Assembly: GCA_951406725.2 (NCBI GenBank)
Contig: OX597820.1
Coordinates: 57,536,001 to 57,600,000 of the forward strand
From: Octopus vulgaris
Lineage: Eukaryota
Direction: 5' to 3'
DNA: 64,000 bases
Position numbers and translations under genes: made by a program. This document shows positions 27,818 through 40,744 of the stretch, one piece after another (within the stretch, counting starts at the first letter, position 1; the number at the start of each line of letters is the position of its first letter). Under the pieces are notes generated by a model, which saw only the letters and a program-made list of their open reading frames with translations, was not told the DNA's origin and ran no database searches.

Positions 27818-30230
27818 CCTGTCTACCTGTCTACCTATCTACCTACCTACCAACCTACCTACCTACCTACCTACCTACATATCTATCTATCTACCTAACT
27901 TGCCCTTTAGTTTTTAAATTTAACTGACCAATTATATTGTTGGCTGGAATTTGGTCAATCCCATTACGGACATCAGTAAGTATATTAATGTAATTAATTT
28001 ATGGGCATGTTATTTGGATAAATATCAATTAGTACTATTTACGAAATCTTAAGTACTATTCTTTTCCTAGACCTATTGGTGAATCCCGTTATACTAAAGT
28101 ACTTATTTTATTTTTTATTATTTATACGCCCTGTTACCCCTAAAGAAAGATTAATCCACCAATTAATTTTCTAGTTTAGTCAATTGCTCAACGAATTGAA
28201 GCATTGCACTCCAAAATAGTTTGATTCAAATATATTAAGCTTTCTTTCCTCATTTCGTGGACCTTTTCTTATCTCTTCTTTTATTCTATGTATTTTTCTT
28301 CACGCTGATGAAGTTCCATGTAGTAGATCGGATGTGCTGTAGAATCTGACGAATATTGTTCTCAGAATTTTCTTTCGCAGCGCTGAGGGACACTGGTAGC
28401 AGAAACGGCTGTTAGAAGTGATAAAGTTTAGTGTTTGGTAGTCAATTTGTTTGTTGATCAAGAATGTTTTTCATTTTCTGCTTAATTTAAATTCGATTAC
28501 TGATAAACTCGTTTATTACATACACACACACACACACATATATACATATATATATATATATATATATGTGTGTATGTGAATACATACATACATATACGTG
28601 TGTGTGCGCGCGCGATATATATGTACGTGAATACATACATACATCTATATGTGTGCGCGCGCATAAATAATTTATTCTGTTATTATCAACTTCGAAAGAA
28701 GTAGAACAGTTCAAACCTCTTCTCCCCAAATAAAGAATTAGAGGAAACAAATACAAAAAAAAACAATGATGATGATGATGATGATTCTTTTTACTATATT
28801 TACAAAGCCTGAAATTTGTATTTCCTTTTTAGCGGACAGAGCCACTATGTAGAGGTTTTAATCTTGGTAAACAGCTGAAATATTTAGTATTCTATAGGTT
28901 TGGTTGTGTGGTCACGAAGTTCGTTTTGCAACAACATGATTTCCGAGTATGTTTCCTCTGCCTACTTTATAGCTGTAGTACCTCTATGAAATCGGGTGGA
29001 AGTTATATTGCTATAATTTCGTTCGAGTCGACCAAAGCCGCATGATTTAAATTAATAGAAAATAATGTGTGGAGATCAGGGCTATCGAAGCTGATCTTTT
29101 TTCTTTTCTTTGTGTTTTTTTGGGGGTTTTTTTAATCAAATTTGGCTCTGTATAGAAAATTTGGTAAAACTCATGAAATTTAGTAAATGTTGCTAAAATA
29201 CTTGTTGCATGGCTAATAAAAATTTCTTTTTTTTATTTTTGGTTCACCTTTTGGTTGAAATTTGACTCATAATAATTCATTATAACGGCAATTTTTTTAT
29301 GCCTAAATGTTTGAATGCGCTTTATAAGGGCTCATTTCGTTTGATGCCAGGTAATTTCAGACGATGATTAATCGCTGTTTCCGTGAGTTATAGCTCGTGT
29401 CATTATTCGCTTTACGATTGTGTTTTTGCTAATTTTTTTAAATAATTTTATTTCATTTGCCATCTAACGTAAACTACAGATTAAGCTAACAGAGAAAAGG
29501 GACGATACGGATATGATTAAGGAGAAAGTTCATACAAAAAAAGAAATAATCTGCATAAACCCAGTTACGAACAGAAAATCTGTCTGAAAAATTGACAAGG
29601 TGATCCTATGTTTGACAGTCATATAAGCAGCATTAATACCAAAAAGGTAATCTTGACTGCCAACTTAACGTGGAGGTTGTGCTAGAACAGAGAATTACTG
29701 TGTTATTTACCTCGAGAGAAACTCTTACAAGGACCCATGGTGCATAAAAGCACTCGAAATTATATCCTTGACAGACGAGAATCATCTTCTACCACTACCA
29801 GAACTACTAGATCACAAGATTTCACCCTACTATGGGTTCCTCAGTGTCAGATGTCCAGCAGCGTGATAACAGACTAATCTCTTCGTGAATGACACATAGA
29901 ATATCAGTGTCTATTCAGACACTGATGTCGCAAATAGCCAGTGGGCTCATTAACAATAATTAACAGCGACAGAATCAGTATTAATACCAAACGGTAATCT
30001 TGATCTCCAACTTAACGTGAAGCTTGCAAAGGCATTTTGTTTGGTCATAGACTAGTTAGTCATCTGGGAATTTTGTTGCTTAAGAAACATTTTGATAGTG
30101 AGAGACTTTTACAACTACACTAAATATCATGACATCTAAAAACAACTGATATTTTTAGAGTTTCCTACTATTTTTATGAAATACATACGCGTTGTGGTTG
30201 TGACACAATGGACAGAAGAAATGCGTTCTA

Positions 30231-30829
30231 GAGTCGACTGAAAAGTTCATGAGCGAACCAAGACACTCGCATGAGATGTGACCAAATGAGGTTTATTTTT
30301 CAACATAGTCCTCCTTGTGGCTCACACGTGTTTCTTTCAACCGGTATTGCAGTACTTGGATCCTATTGGGGAAGAAGCCTTCGTCCTGTTGGTCAAAAAG
30401 TCATCAACAGCAGATATGACGCAATCATCACTGGGATACTTATTCCCAGCCAAATGACAAGGCAAACCAACGGTTGTTCTGTGTGTTCACAATCTGTTCG
30501 TTTTGGAGCTTCCGGCGCGAATGCCAAGCAATACTGTATCTCATTTCCAGATTTCTGGCAGAGTGAATTGCATCATGATGCTGTTTTTCTCACAGCCAGA
30601 TGATAATCAGATGGGACCAAATCAAGAGAATAAGGTGGGTTTTCAACCAGTTCAAAGTCAGTCGTTACTAGTTACTTTTGAAGTCTTCTTTGGACAATCA
30701 GACGTCAGTTTACCTGAAATAAAACAATGCACCTATTAATAAGAAGAGTTGAAGTTAATACATACAAGATTTCACAGCTCTAGCATCACGCCTTCATAGT
30801 CAACCTATGAACTTTTCAGTCCACCCTCG
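30231..30829. mobile_element. Non-autonomous mariner element carrying an inverted maT fragment
   Basis: TIR-like gactgaaaagttcat / atgaacttttcagtc. 30456-30597 is the reverse complement of ~27005-27148. Confidence 0.7.
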
Positions 30830-31194
30830 TACATGTATGTTGTGGTTCCGGCTTCCAATGAACTGAAGAAGTGTATATTTGAGCTAGAACATAGTTTATT
30901 CGATTCGCTACCAAAGCATAATCCAGGTTTTTAAAACTTTTTTTAATGCCTCAGATTCAAAAAGAAAAACAAAAATGCTAAGGGAATTAAATATACAAGA
31001 ACAAAAGGAACACTTACTCTTCGTCATATCATTGATGAAAGATACTAAGGATCAATATCATTTCATTGATTATTGATGAAAGTACAGGTGTATCTACAAA
31101 AAATGACGTGTAATTTGTTTTCATGAATAGATTTTTGTGATAGCCATATGTAAAAAAAAACAGTAGACTAGTTTTTAACTCTTTAGGAAACCTT

Positions 31195-31316
31195 TTCTTC
31201 TTCTTCTTCTTCTTCTTCTTCTTCTTCTTCTTCTTCTTCTTCTTCTTCTTCTTCTTCTTCTTCTTCTTCTTCTTCTTCTTCTTCTTCTTCTTCTTCTTCT
31301 TCTTCTTCTTCTTCTT
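31195..31316. repeat. (CTT)n microsatellite
   Basis: Perfect trinucleotide run. Confidence 0.95.
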
Positions 31317-31319
31317 GCA

Positions 31320-32320
31320 CTTAACAAACTACCCGTCAAATACTGGGAACGATGATAGCAACTGAACCCCGCCCCGCAAAATTGCTGGCCTTTTCTAGTG
31401 GTGGAGGACACTTCATTCTAATGTAGCCTTTCAGGCCACATTTATAACGTTGTGGAATCCTACCTTCCACTCTGACCTTTAAAATCGTTTCTTCCACTGT
31501 GATACTTTGGACCATTTTTTCGATGTCCTTCGCGATTTGCATCACTATGTCAAGGGTTTGTTCCTTCCAGTTCCTATGAGGTGTTCTGGTGGCCTGTAGG
31601 ACCACCACCTTCTTCATTCCAAGTAGTATAACAGCCACCAGTCAGGCTACATCCACCTCTGGGGGTACTTCTTCCATCCTAACCCTGGAAGCACGTCTCC
31701 CAAGATATACGAGTAGAAGAACTACCTCATTCGTTTCCAACGATGTTGCCGAGTGCAGCCTGGTGGTAACTACCTTTTCTAACTGCACCTCTATCGTTCC
31801 AAATTTATTACCTCTGGCAAGGTACGAAATACCTTGCCAGACTGGTCTTAACGCCTTTTCTATCTATACCGTAGACATGTTCTCAAATTTTCCAGCTGCC
31901 ACCGAATACGTCCTATAAACTACCGTTCTTTCCCCTGTTTTCTTTAAGACTTCTTCGGCGGTGGGACACCTTCACTTCGTTCTCCTCCTCTTCAAGCATT
32001 CCTTAATACTTGCTTACATCTTCCAGCTTTAGGTCTTCGTACTTTTCTTCCGTCGCTGCAGCATAACTTCTATTTTCTAAAGCTTTGTCTATTTTCTTGA
32101 GACACTCTACCATTTCTTCCTCAGACGATACATAGACCGAGGACGGGTAGCTTTCAACGCTTGACACAGAATAACTCAAACCCTTGCAACTCCTCATTCG
32201 ACGCCCCACCATCACACAAGAGGAAAAACGTCGCACAGCCAAAAAAAAACAAAAAAACACGTCTATGTCACACAAATCCAACAAAACGAATGAGTCACGG
32301 TAAACCGGAAGCAAGATTCT
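31320..32320 (-). pseudogene. Gag-like ORF1 (L1/Tx1-type non-LTR) pseudogene with decayed CCHC knuckle
   Basis: Joined minus frames give ..SYAAA..KFGTIEVQ..RVRMEEVPPEV..LKVRVEGRIPQRYKCGLKGYIRMKCP (CX2CX4HX4C remnant), interrupted by stops and frameshifts. Confidence 0.6.
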
Positions 32321-32989
32321 TACCACACAGCCACTCCTTTATATAATTATTTTACATAATTATTTAATTATTATTATATAATAATATTAAAAAATTCTTT
32401 TCAATTTAAAGAAATGGAAAAAGTTAGTAGATGACATTTGCTTTAAATTATTAAGACGTAATAACTTTCAATCAAGAAAGATGAATGAAATAAAAGACAA
32501 AGAAAGAAAAGGAAATAAAACTGGGCTGATTGATGAAAGAGATGACGACAATGGTGAAAAGATAACGGCGATAATGGACTGTTCGATAAAGAGATGAAAC
32601 ATTAATTCATAAGAGCTTTAAGTTTTGTTTTTCTATTTTGTTTCAGTCATTGGACTGTGTCCATGCTGGAGCACTGCCTTGAGAAGTTTTAAGCGATCAA
32701 ATCCAGCCCAACCACTTATGTTTTTTTTTTTTTAAGTATGGTACTTATTTATTCTAACTATCCCTTTTGCCGAACCGTTAAGTTACGGGGACAGAAACAA
32801 ACCAGCACCGGTTGCCCAGCACTGGTGTGGGGACAAACACGAAGATTAACACACACAGAGGCCAACGCGAACGCACACACTCACACACACTTACATAGAT
32901 ATAAATACATACATACATACATACATACATACATACTTACATATATACATACATACATATATACATACATACATACATACATACATACA

Positions 32990-33204
32990 GTTTTACTCTT
33001 TTACTTGTTTCAGTCATTTGACTGCGGCCATGCTGGAGCACCGCCTTTAGTCGCGCAAATCGACCCCAGGACTTATTCTTTGGAAGCCTAGTACTTATTC
33101 TATCGTTCTCTTTTGCCGAACCGCTAATTTACAGGGACGAAAGCACCCCAGCATCGGTTGTCAAACGATGTTGGGGGGACAAACAGACACATAAACATAT
33201 ACAC

Positions 33205-33254
<50 letters not shown>

Positions 33255-33261
33255 GCTATAA

Positions 33262-33317
<56 letters not shown>

Positions 33318-33490
33318 GCATACGACGGGCTTCTTCCAGTTTCCGTCTACCAAATCCACTCACAAGGCTTTGGTCGACCCGAGGCTATAGTAGAAGACAC
33401 TTGCCCTTGCCCAAGGTGTCCCGCAGTGGGACTGAACCCGGAACCATGTGATTGGTAAGCAAGCTACTTACCACACAGCCACTCCTGCAC
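32990..33490 (-). mobile_element. SINE family B
   Basis: Near full-length reverse complement of 40333-40744. A further 3' half lies at 32635-32870. Confidence 0.9.
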
Positions 33491-33494
33491 CTAT

Positions 33495-34070
33495 CTGGAA
33501 TATCTTACAAACTTTCAACGTGCCACTAATAGATTGGATTTGGAGAATCCGCGTCAGTTTCTTTTGCTCTTCTTCCATGAAACCGAATATTTCTAGGTTT
33601 TTGTGCAAATTTGTTGGCACATAACTTAATGCACCTATGATAATAGGTACAAATGAGAATTCATAGTTAGGGTACAAGAGCTGTAAGTTTTCGCATTAAT
33701 TCATCACAAACATTATCTTTTTACCTGAAGCTTTGATTGTACATACACATCTGCTGGGCAGCTGACCTCTAAAACAGCGCGTTATTTTTGTTCCCGGTCC
33801 CATGAAACAGGTCTGTTATGTTTGCGCGGAACTGATGTTTTTATTGGGGGTGTTCCACCAGTATTCCTTGTTTTTAAAGGTGTGAATACCTGCTGGTTCT
33901 GACATGCCTTTGATGAATACATCAGGGCAGTCCTTCCTACGGATAGCATAGTAAATAGTCTTTGAAGCTATATCATGCCTCAGGGGCAGGTAGTATCCCA
34001 TAGGTATTTTGAGGCAGCTGATGATGATGTCAGTAATATTTTCAACACTGGTATAGCAGAGCCAACATTT
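33495..34070 (-). mobile_element. R4/Dong-like non-LTR element, zinc finger plus restriction-like endonuclease remnant
   Basis: CWLC..EN..DII.SC..YYLPLRHD..WWN..HNRP..LEVSCPAD..FVPIIIGAL..LQ..SISGTLKVCK. Confidence 0.75.
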
Positions 34071-34170
34071 TTTTTTTTATCATAACGTGGAAGCTTGGCA
34101 AAATCTTTATATCTCTTGTTATCAAGTATTTAATAGTTATCTCCTGTTCCTGAATAGCGATGATATATCC

Positions 34171-34766
34171 GGCGAGCTGGCAGAACCGTTAGCACGCCGG
34201 GCGAAATGCGTAGCCGTATTTCGTCTGCCGTTACGTTCTGAGATCAAATTACGCCGAGGTCGACTTTGCCTTTCATCCTTTCGGGGTCGATTAATTAAGT
34301 ACCAGTTACGCACTGGGGTCGATAGAATCGACTTAATCTGTTTGTCTGTCCTTGTTTGTCCCCTCTATGTTTAGCCCCTAGTGGGTAATAAAGAAATACG
34401 TATTTCGTCTGCCGTTACGTTCTGAGATCAAATTCCGCCGAGGTCGACTTTGCCTTTCATCCTTTCGGGGTCGATAAATTAAGTACCAGTTACGCACTGG
34501 GGTCGATGGAATCGACTTAATCTGTTTGTCTGTCCTTGTTTGTCCCCTCTATGTTTAGCCCCTAGTGGGTAATAAAGAAATACGTATTTCGTCTGCCGTT
34601 ACGTTCTGAGATCAAATTCCGCTAAGGTCGACTTTGCCTTTCATCCTTTCGGGGTCGATAAATTAAGTACCAGTTACGCACTGGGGTCGATGGAATCGAT
34701 TTAATCTGTTTGTCTGTCCTTGTTTATCCCCTCTATGTTTAGCCCCTTGTGGGTAATAAAGAAACA
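34171..34766 (+). mobile_element. SINE family A with three tandem 184-bp modules
   Basis: Module starts at 34217, 34401 and 34585. TSD gatatatcc at 34162-34170 and 34767-34775. Confidence 0.9.
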
Positions 34767-34789
34767 GATATATCCTTCTAGGTAGGAGG

Positions 34790-35056
34790 TAATGTATCTA
34801 TCACAAGTCCTATATCTTGTGAGAATATTGTGACTAGTTCTGATTGTATCTTGATGTTGTTCATATTACTAGAATATAATTTTAGGTCTTCAACAAAAAA
34901 TTGTGTGGGTAACATTAACTTTATTCTTTTCTGTATATCCCGACATGTAGCCTTTGCATCTTGTTTACAGGGCTGACAAAGTGTTTACTGCTAGTACAAC
35001 AGCATTACAAATAAACTGTCACCCTGGAATATGCCTGCTGGCTGTTTAATTCCGTT
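34790..35056 (-). mobile_element. R4/Dong-like RT fragment
   Basis: GIFQGDSL and VTIFSQDIGL motifs on the minus strand, broken frames. Confidence 0.65.
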
Positions 35057-35589
35057 TCATGTATGTACGTGTGTGTGTATGTATGTATGTATGTATGTAT
35101 GTATGTATGTATGTATGTATGTATGTATGTATGTATGTATGTATGTATGTATGTATGTATGTATGTATGTATGTATGTATGTATGTATGTAGGTAGATAA
35201 GTAGGTAGGTAGGTAGGTAGGTAGGTAGGTAGGTAAGTAGGTAGGTAGGTAGGTAGGTAGGTAGGTGTGCATGTATGTATGTATGTATGTATGTATGTAG
35301 GTAGGTAGGTAGGTATGTATGTATGTATGTATGTAGGTAGGTAGGTAGGTAGGTAGGTAGGTAGGTAGGTAGGTAGGTGTATGTATGTATGTATGTATGT
35401 ATGTATGTATGTATGTATGTATGTATGTATGTATGTATGTATGTATGTATGTATGTATGTATGTATGTATGTATTTATGTATGTATGTATGTATGTATTT
35501 ATTATGTATGTAGGTATGTATGTATGTATGTATGTATGTATATATGTATGTATGCTTGCATGTATATATGTACGTATAGTCTCTTCTAT

Positions 35590-35790
35590 TTTTTAATAAT
35601 TATAAATCTTCCGCTGAAGATACAAGACTCCATATTTGGGATGTACTTAACAGACAAATTCACATTTGGAACTTGAGAAAAGTCTTGCATATTTTTACTG
35701 TTCCACTCACAAATTGCACTTGTAATGTACGAATTAGCAGGTCGATTTCTCTTTCTGAAAATCCCAGTTTATCCAGATTATCCTTTAAGC
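35590..35790 (-). mobile_element. R4/Dong-like C-terminus/3' end fragment
   Basis: LKDNLDKLGFSEREIDLLIRTLQVQFVSGTVKICKTFLKF, homologous to 33495-33620. Confidence 0.7.
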
Positions 35791-35889
35791 ATGTATGTAT
35801 GTATGTATGTATGTATGTATGTATGTATGTATGTATGTATGTATGCATGTATGTATGTATGTATGTATGTATGTATGTATGTATGTATG

Positions 35890-36212
35890 TGAAAGCGCGT
35901 GGCTTAGTGATTAGGGCATTCGGCTCACGACCGTAAGGTCGTGAGTTCGATTCCCGGCGATGCGTTGTGTCCTTGACCAAGACACTTTATTTCACGTTGC
36001 TCCAGTCCACTCAGCTGGCAAAAATGAGTAGTACCTGTATTTCAAAGGGCCGGCCTTGTCTCGCTCTGTGTCACGTTGAGACTTCCTGATAACTACGTTA
36101 GGGGTACACGTGTCTGTGGATTGCTCAACCACTTGCACGTTAATTTCCCGAGCAGGCTGTTCCGTTGATCGTATCAGCTGGGACCCTCATCGTCGTAACC
36201 GACGGAGTGCTC
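35890..36212 (+). mobile_element. tRNA-derived SINE with CORE-like centre
   Basis: A/B boxes (tggcttagtgattag, gagttcgattccc), centre gtgtccttgaccaagacact..ctccagtccactcagctg, and a 3' tail shared with 51273-51658. Confidence 0.8.
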
Positions 36213-36243
36213 CTCTGTATGTATGTATGTATGTATGTATGTA

Positions 36244-36540
36244 ACCTTAGAAAAGTCTTTCATAGTTTTACTGTTCCGCTTACCGATTGTACTTGTCATG
36301 TGCGAATCAGTTGATTTCTTTTTTCAGAAAACCCAGGCTTATCCTGACTGACAGTTAGGCATTTACTTACAAAACCAAGTGCTCCAATTATTATTGGTAT
36401 AAATGTAACATTGTAATCCGGATATAGAAGCTGGAGGTTACGAATCGGTTGTCCATCGTAATCTTCTTTCTATTTGATTTTCAAAGAGATATTCACATCA
36501 GTAGGACAGCTGACCTCTGACAACATTCGACAGATGTCAA
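36244..36540 (-). mobile_element. Third R4/Dong-like endonuclease fragment
   Basis: EVSCPTDVNISLK..LQLLYPDYNVTFIPIIIGALG..VQSVSGTVK. Confidence 0.7.
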
Positions 36541-36571
36541 GTGTAAGTAAGAAAGTAAGTAAATAAATTAG

Positions 36572-36605
<34 letters not shown>

Positions 36606-38024
36606 TGTATGTATGTATGTATGTATGTATGTATATATGTATGTATGTATGTATGCATGTATGTATTTATGTATGTATGTATGCATGCATGCATGTATAT
36701 GTGTGTATGTATGAATATATGTAAATGTACGTATATAATGATGATAACGATGATGAGGATAGTAATAATAATAATGATAATGATGATGATGATGATAACG
36801 ACGACGACGACGATGATTTCAAATTTTAAGACAAGGCCAGCAATTTCGGAGGTGGAGTAAGTCGATTAAATCGACCCCAGTGTTCAGCTGGTATACACAC
36901 CCACTCGCACACTCGCACACAAACACACATACACACACACACACAACCGTAGAGCGTGATTTGACGGAGATTAGATTGTTATTTTTACCAGTTTTTGGCG
37001 GACCTCGTAGGCTTTTTCCCCGCCCACCCCGTTTGGTTCTGTAATGTGGGTGCTGTTGATTACGATATCAAAAAAGGATAAGTGGTTGGAGTTTATTTCA
37101 TAAATATTGATGTTGCTATTTAAGTTTCTGTTGCTTCTACCTCTGTACACCCTACTCCGCCTTCACCTATTTATACAAACAAACATCACTAGTCAGACTT
37201 CAAAGTGTTTCTTAGATTTAAATTGAACCATCCATTGCAACAACAACCTTAACGACCAATTTAAAACCGTTTCCATTAAAGATAAACTGAATAGTTGATT
37301 CGGCTCTTTCATTGTTTGAGCTGCTATTTTTGACATTATCTTGGAAAAAAATAACATGATACCTAAACTGTTTATAAATATCAAGAATGGCGGACAATAT
37401 AAATAATAATTATTTAATTACGATATAATTATTGAAATGAAAGTAAGATGAAAGAATGAGAAAAAAGAAACCACTTGATAATAATAATTAAAAAAATAGA
37501 TATATAGATAGATGATAAAGACGTAATAGCTCTCACGAAAGGAAAGATCAAGGATATCAGAACCGAAGAAAAAGAAGGAAAAAGTGACAAGATAAAAGAG
37601 TGATAAGGACATTACAGAGATAACATATAGTTTTGGTGGGGAGATGAAAGCAAGATCAAGCTATAAAATAAGAGAATTTGAAAGAGAAATAAAGAGATAA
37701 TTATATCAGATATTATTGTGTCAGATACCAATAATATCATCGAATGAGAAAAACTTTTCATCGATCCACATCGTAACCATGTTGTTTAATTTCTTCACGA
37801 GTTTCTTTGGTTGGTCTTACCTAATGACACATGTTATTAACAGATGTGAATGTAACACTGTTATTAAATTATATATCAATGTAATACAATGCTATTAACG
37901 TATGAGAATGCACCGCAGTGTAAGGAACGTACATTTAATGCACTAATGCACATATGAATATATCACAGTTAACTGAACATATATAGACATGCACCAAAGT
38001 GCTGCTCAAATACAACACTATTCT

Positions 38025-38826
38025 TATTTCTTTATTGCCCACGAGGGGCTAAACATAGAGGGGACAAACAAGGACAGACAAACGGATTAAGTTGATTACA
38101 TCGATGCCAGTGCGTAACTGGTACTTAATTTATCGACCCCGAAAGGATGAAAGGCAAAGTCGACCTCGGCGGAATTTGAACTCAGAACGTAGCGGCAGAT
38201 GAAATACTTATTTCTATTTCTTTACTAGCCACAAGGGGCTAAACATAGAGGAGACAAACAAGGACAGACAAACGGATTAAGTCGATTATATCGATCCCCA
38301 GTGCGTAACTGGTACTTATTTAATCGACCCCAAAAGGATGAAAGGCAAAGTCGACCTCGGCGGAATTTGAACTCAGAACGTAGCGGCAGATGAAATACTT
38401 ATTTCTATTTCTTTATTGCCCACAAGGGGCTAAACACAGAGAGTACAAGCAAGGACAGACAAACGGATTAAGTCGATTATATCGACCCCAGTGCGTAACT
38501 AGTACTTATTTAATCGACCCTGAAAGGATGAAAGGCAAAGTCGACCTCGGCGGAATTTGAACTCAGAACGTAGCGATAGACAAAATATCTATTTCTTTAC
38601 TACTCACAAGGAGCTAAACACAGAGGGGACACACAAGGACAGACAAACGGATTAAGTCGATTAGATCGACCCCAGTGCGTAACTAGTACTTATTTAATCG
38701 ACGTCGAAAGGATGAAAGGCAAAGTCGACCTTGGCGGAATTTGAACTCAGAACGTAACGGCAGACGAAATACGGCTAAGCAATTCGCCCGGCGTGCTAAC
38801 GTTTCTGCCAGCTCGCTGCCTTCACT
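38025..38826 (-). mobile_element. SINE family A with four tandem modules
   Basis: Four ~185-bp repeats ending in the tRNA-like head. Flanking duplication aaatacaa(c/t)actattct. Confidence 0.9.
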
Positions 38827-39336
38827 AAATACAATACTATTCTAGTGAACGGTGAACATATATGAATGCATCATAGTGTCTGAGAGAGACAACACAACAG
38901 AACACAACAGAACAATGATTTAGCAATACTCTTGTTTTTGACACATTAATTAATTAATCAACAGTTGAAACTGGAGATAAAATTCTCTTAATGGGTCTTT
39001 AAGCGGAACATGTCATTTACTTATACGTTGTTCTTATAAGCGAGGGTAAACTGTTGGTTTATTAATACTGATTTCAAATTGTGACCCAAGGACAGCACAC
39101 ACAAATATACATTTAAATTACATGTAAGTATGTATGCGTGTATGTATGTATATACATATGTATCTATCTGTCTGTCTTTCTCTCTCTGTCTCGCTTTCTC
39201 TATATATATATATATGTATACACACACTCACACACACACATAGAGTGTTCAAAAATGTACAAAAGGCAAAGACAGAAAACAGAGACAGTTGAGGGAACTA
39301 CAAACAATGTAACAATGTGTGTAATATATATATATA

Positions 39337-39379
<43 letters not shown>

Positions 39380-39382
<3 letters not shown>

Positions 39383-39681
39383 CCGTGACCGACCAGGCTA
39401 TCAGATTGTTGCTACACATCGCTGGTCACAATGCGCTTCGCATTGTTTTAGCCTTCAAATGATGCCACCCCGCTGGCTACGTGAGCAGGGCCAACAGAAG
39501 AAAAAGTGAGAGAAAGTTGTGGCGAAAGAGTACAGCAGGGATCACCACCATCCCCTGCCGGAGCTTCGTGGAGCTTTTAGGTGTTTTCGCTCAATAAACA
39601 CTCACAACGCCCGGTCTAGGAATCGAAACCGCGATTCTACAACCGCGAGTCCGCTGCCCTAACCACTGGGCCATTGCGCCT

Positions 39682-39684
<3 letters not shown>
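39380..39684 (-). mobile_element. SINE family C (alternative tail)
   Basis: Head ggaggcgcaatggcccagtggttagggcagcggactcgcgg shared with 51273, but a different 3' tail. Confidence 0.85.
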
Positions 39685-39764
<80 letters not shown>

Positions 39765-40332
39765 GGGAGAGAGGGAGAGAGAGAGACCGGCAGACAGAGA
39801 GACATAGATAGATAGATAGATAGATAGATATGTATGTATGTATTCGTGTGTGCGTGAGTTTGTGTGTGTATACATACATGCATGGACACACAGGCACACA
39901 CATATTGTTAAAACAATGTATGCTTGTATGTATGTATGTATGGATGGATGGATGGATGGATGGATGGATGGATGGATGGATGGATGGATGACAAGAGATT
40001 CTGTTTCTGCAACAGTCCTATATTTTGAGTGGGATGCATAAAGAGGAATTTGCCTCTCCAGAGCTGGCCTCGGGTAGAATACAACCAATTTCTAGCAGCT
40101 AATCTGATAAGCGATCTATGTGATCGGAAAGCTTCCAGACGATCTAAACTCACATGGGGAAGAACACAATCAAGATGATGCACAGAACAGCCGATCATTT
40201 GCAATACATAAGCATGAATGCCGCCACTGCAATAAGAAATGCAAATTCTTTACCGGTTTTAAAAGCCACTGTCGGTCCCTTGGTCATTGAAATAGAAAAG
40301 TAAAACAGTGTTAAGATAATTTGTCAATGATT

Positions 40333-40744
40333 GGCGCAGGAGTGGCTGTGTGGTAAGTAGCTTGTTTACCAACCACATGGTTCCGGGTTCAGTCCCACTG
40401 CGTGGCACCTTGGGCAAGTGTCTTCTACTATAGCCTCGGGCCGACCAAAGCCCTGTGAGTGGATTTGGTAGACGGAAACTGAAAGAAGCCCGTCGTATAT
40501 ATGTATATATATGTGAGTGTGTGTGTGTCTGTGTTTGTCCCCCTAGCATTGCTTGACAACCAATGCTGGTGTGTTTATGTCCCCGTTACTTAGCGGTTCG
40601 GCAAAAGAGACCGATAGAATAAGTACTGGGCTTACAAAAGAATAAGTTCCGGGGTCGAGTTGCTCGATTAAAAGGCGGTGCTCCAGCATGGCCGCAGTCA
40701 AATGACTGAAACAAGTAAAAGAGTAAAAGAGTAAAGAGTAAAGA
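40333..40744 (+). mobile_element. SINE family B, full-length reference copy
   Basis: tRNA-like head (ggcgcaggagtggctgtgtggtaag..gggttcagtccc), CORE-like accttgggcaagtgtctt, internal microsatellite and (gtaaaaga)n tail. Confidence 0.9.

Noticed and set aside
31175-31411. Poly-arginine ORF
   Set aside because: It is a translation of the (GAA)n microsatellite.
38025-38826. Regularly spaced repeats superficially like a CRISPR array
   Set aside because: The whole 185-bp units are repeated with no unique spacers, they are SINE modules, the context is eukaryotic and there are no cas genes.
40333-40410. tRNA-like heads (also 2449, 35890, 51273)
   Set aside because: They have A/B boxes but no complete cloverleaf and are fused to SINE bodies, so they are not tRNA genes.
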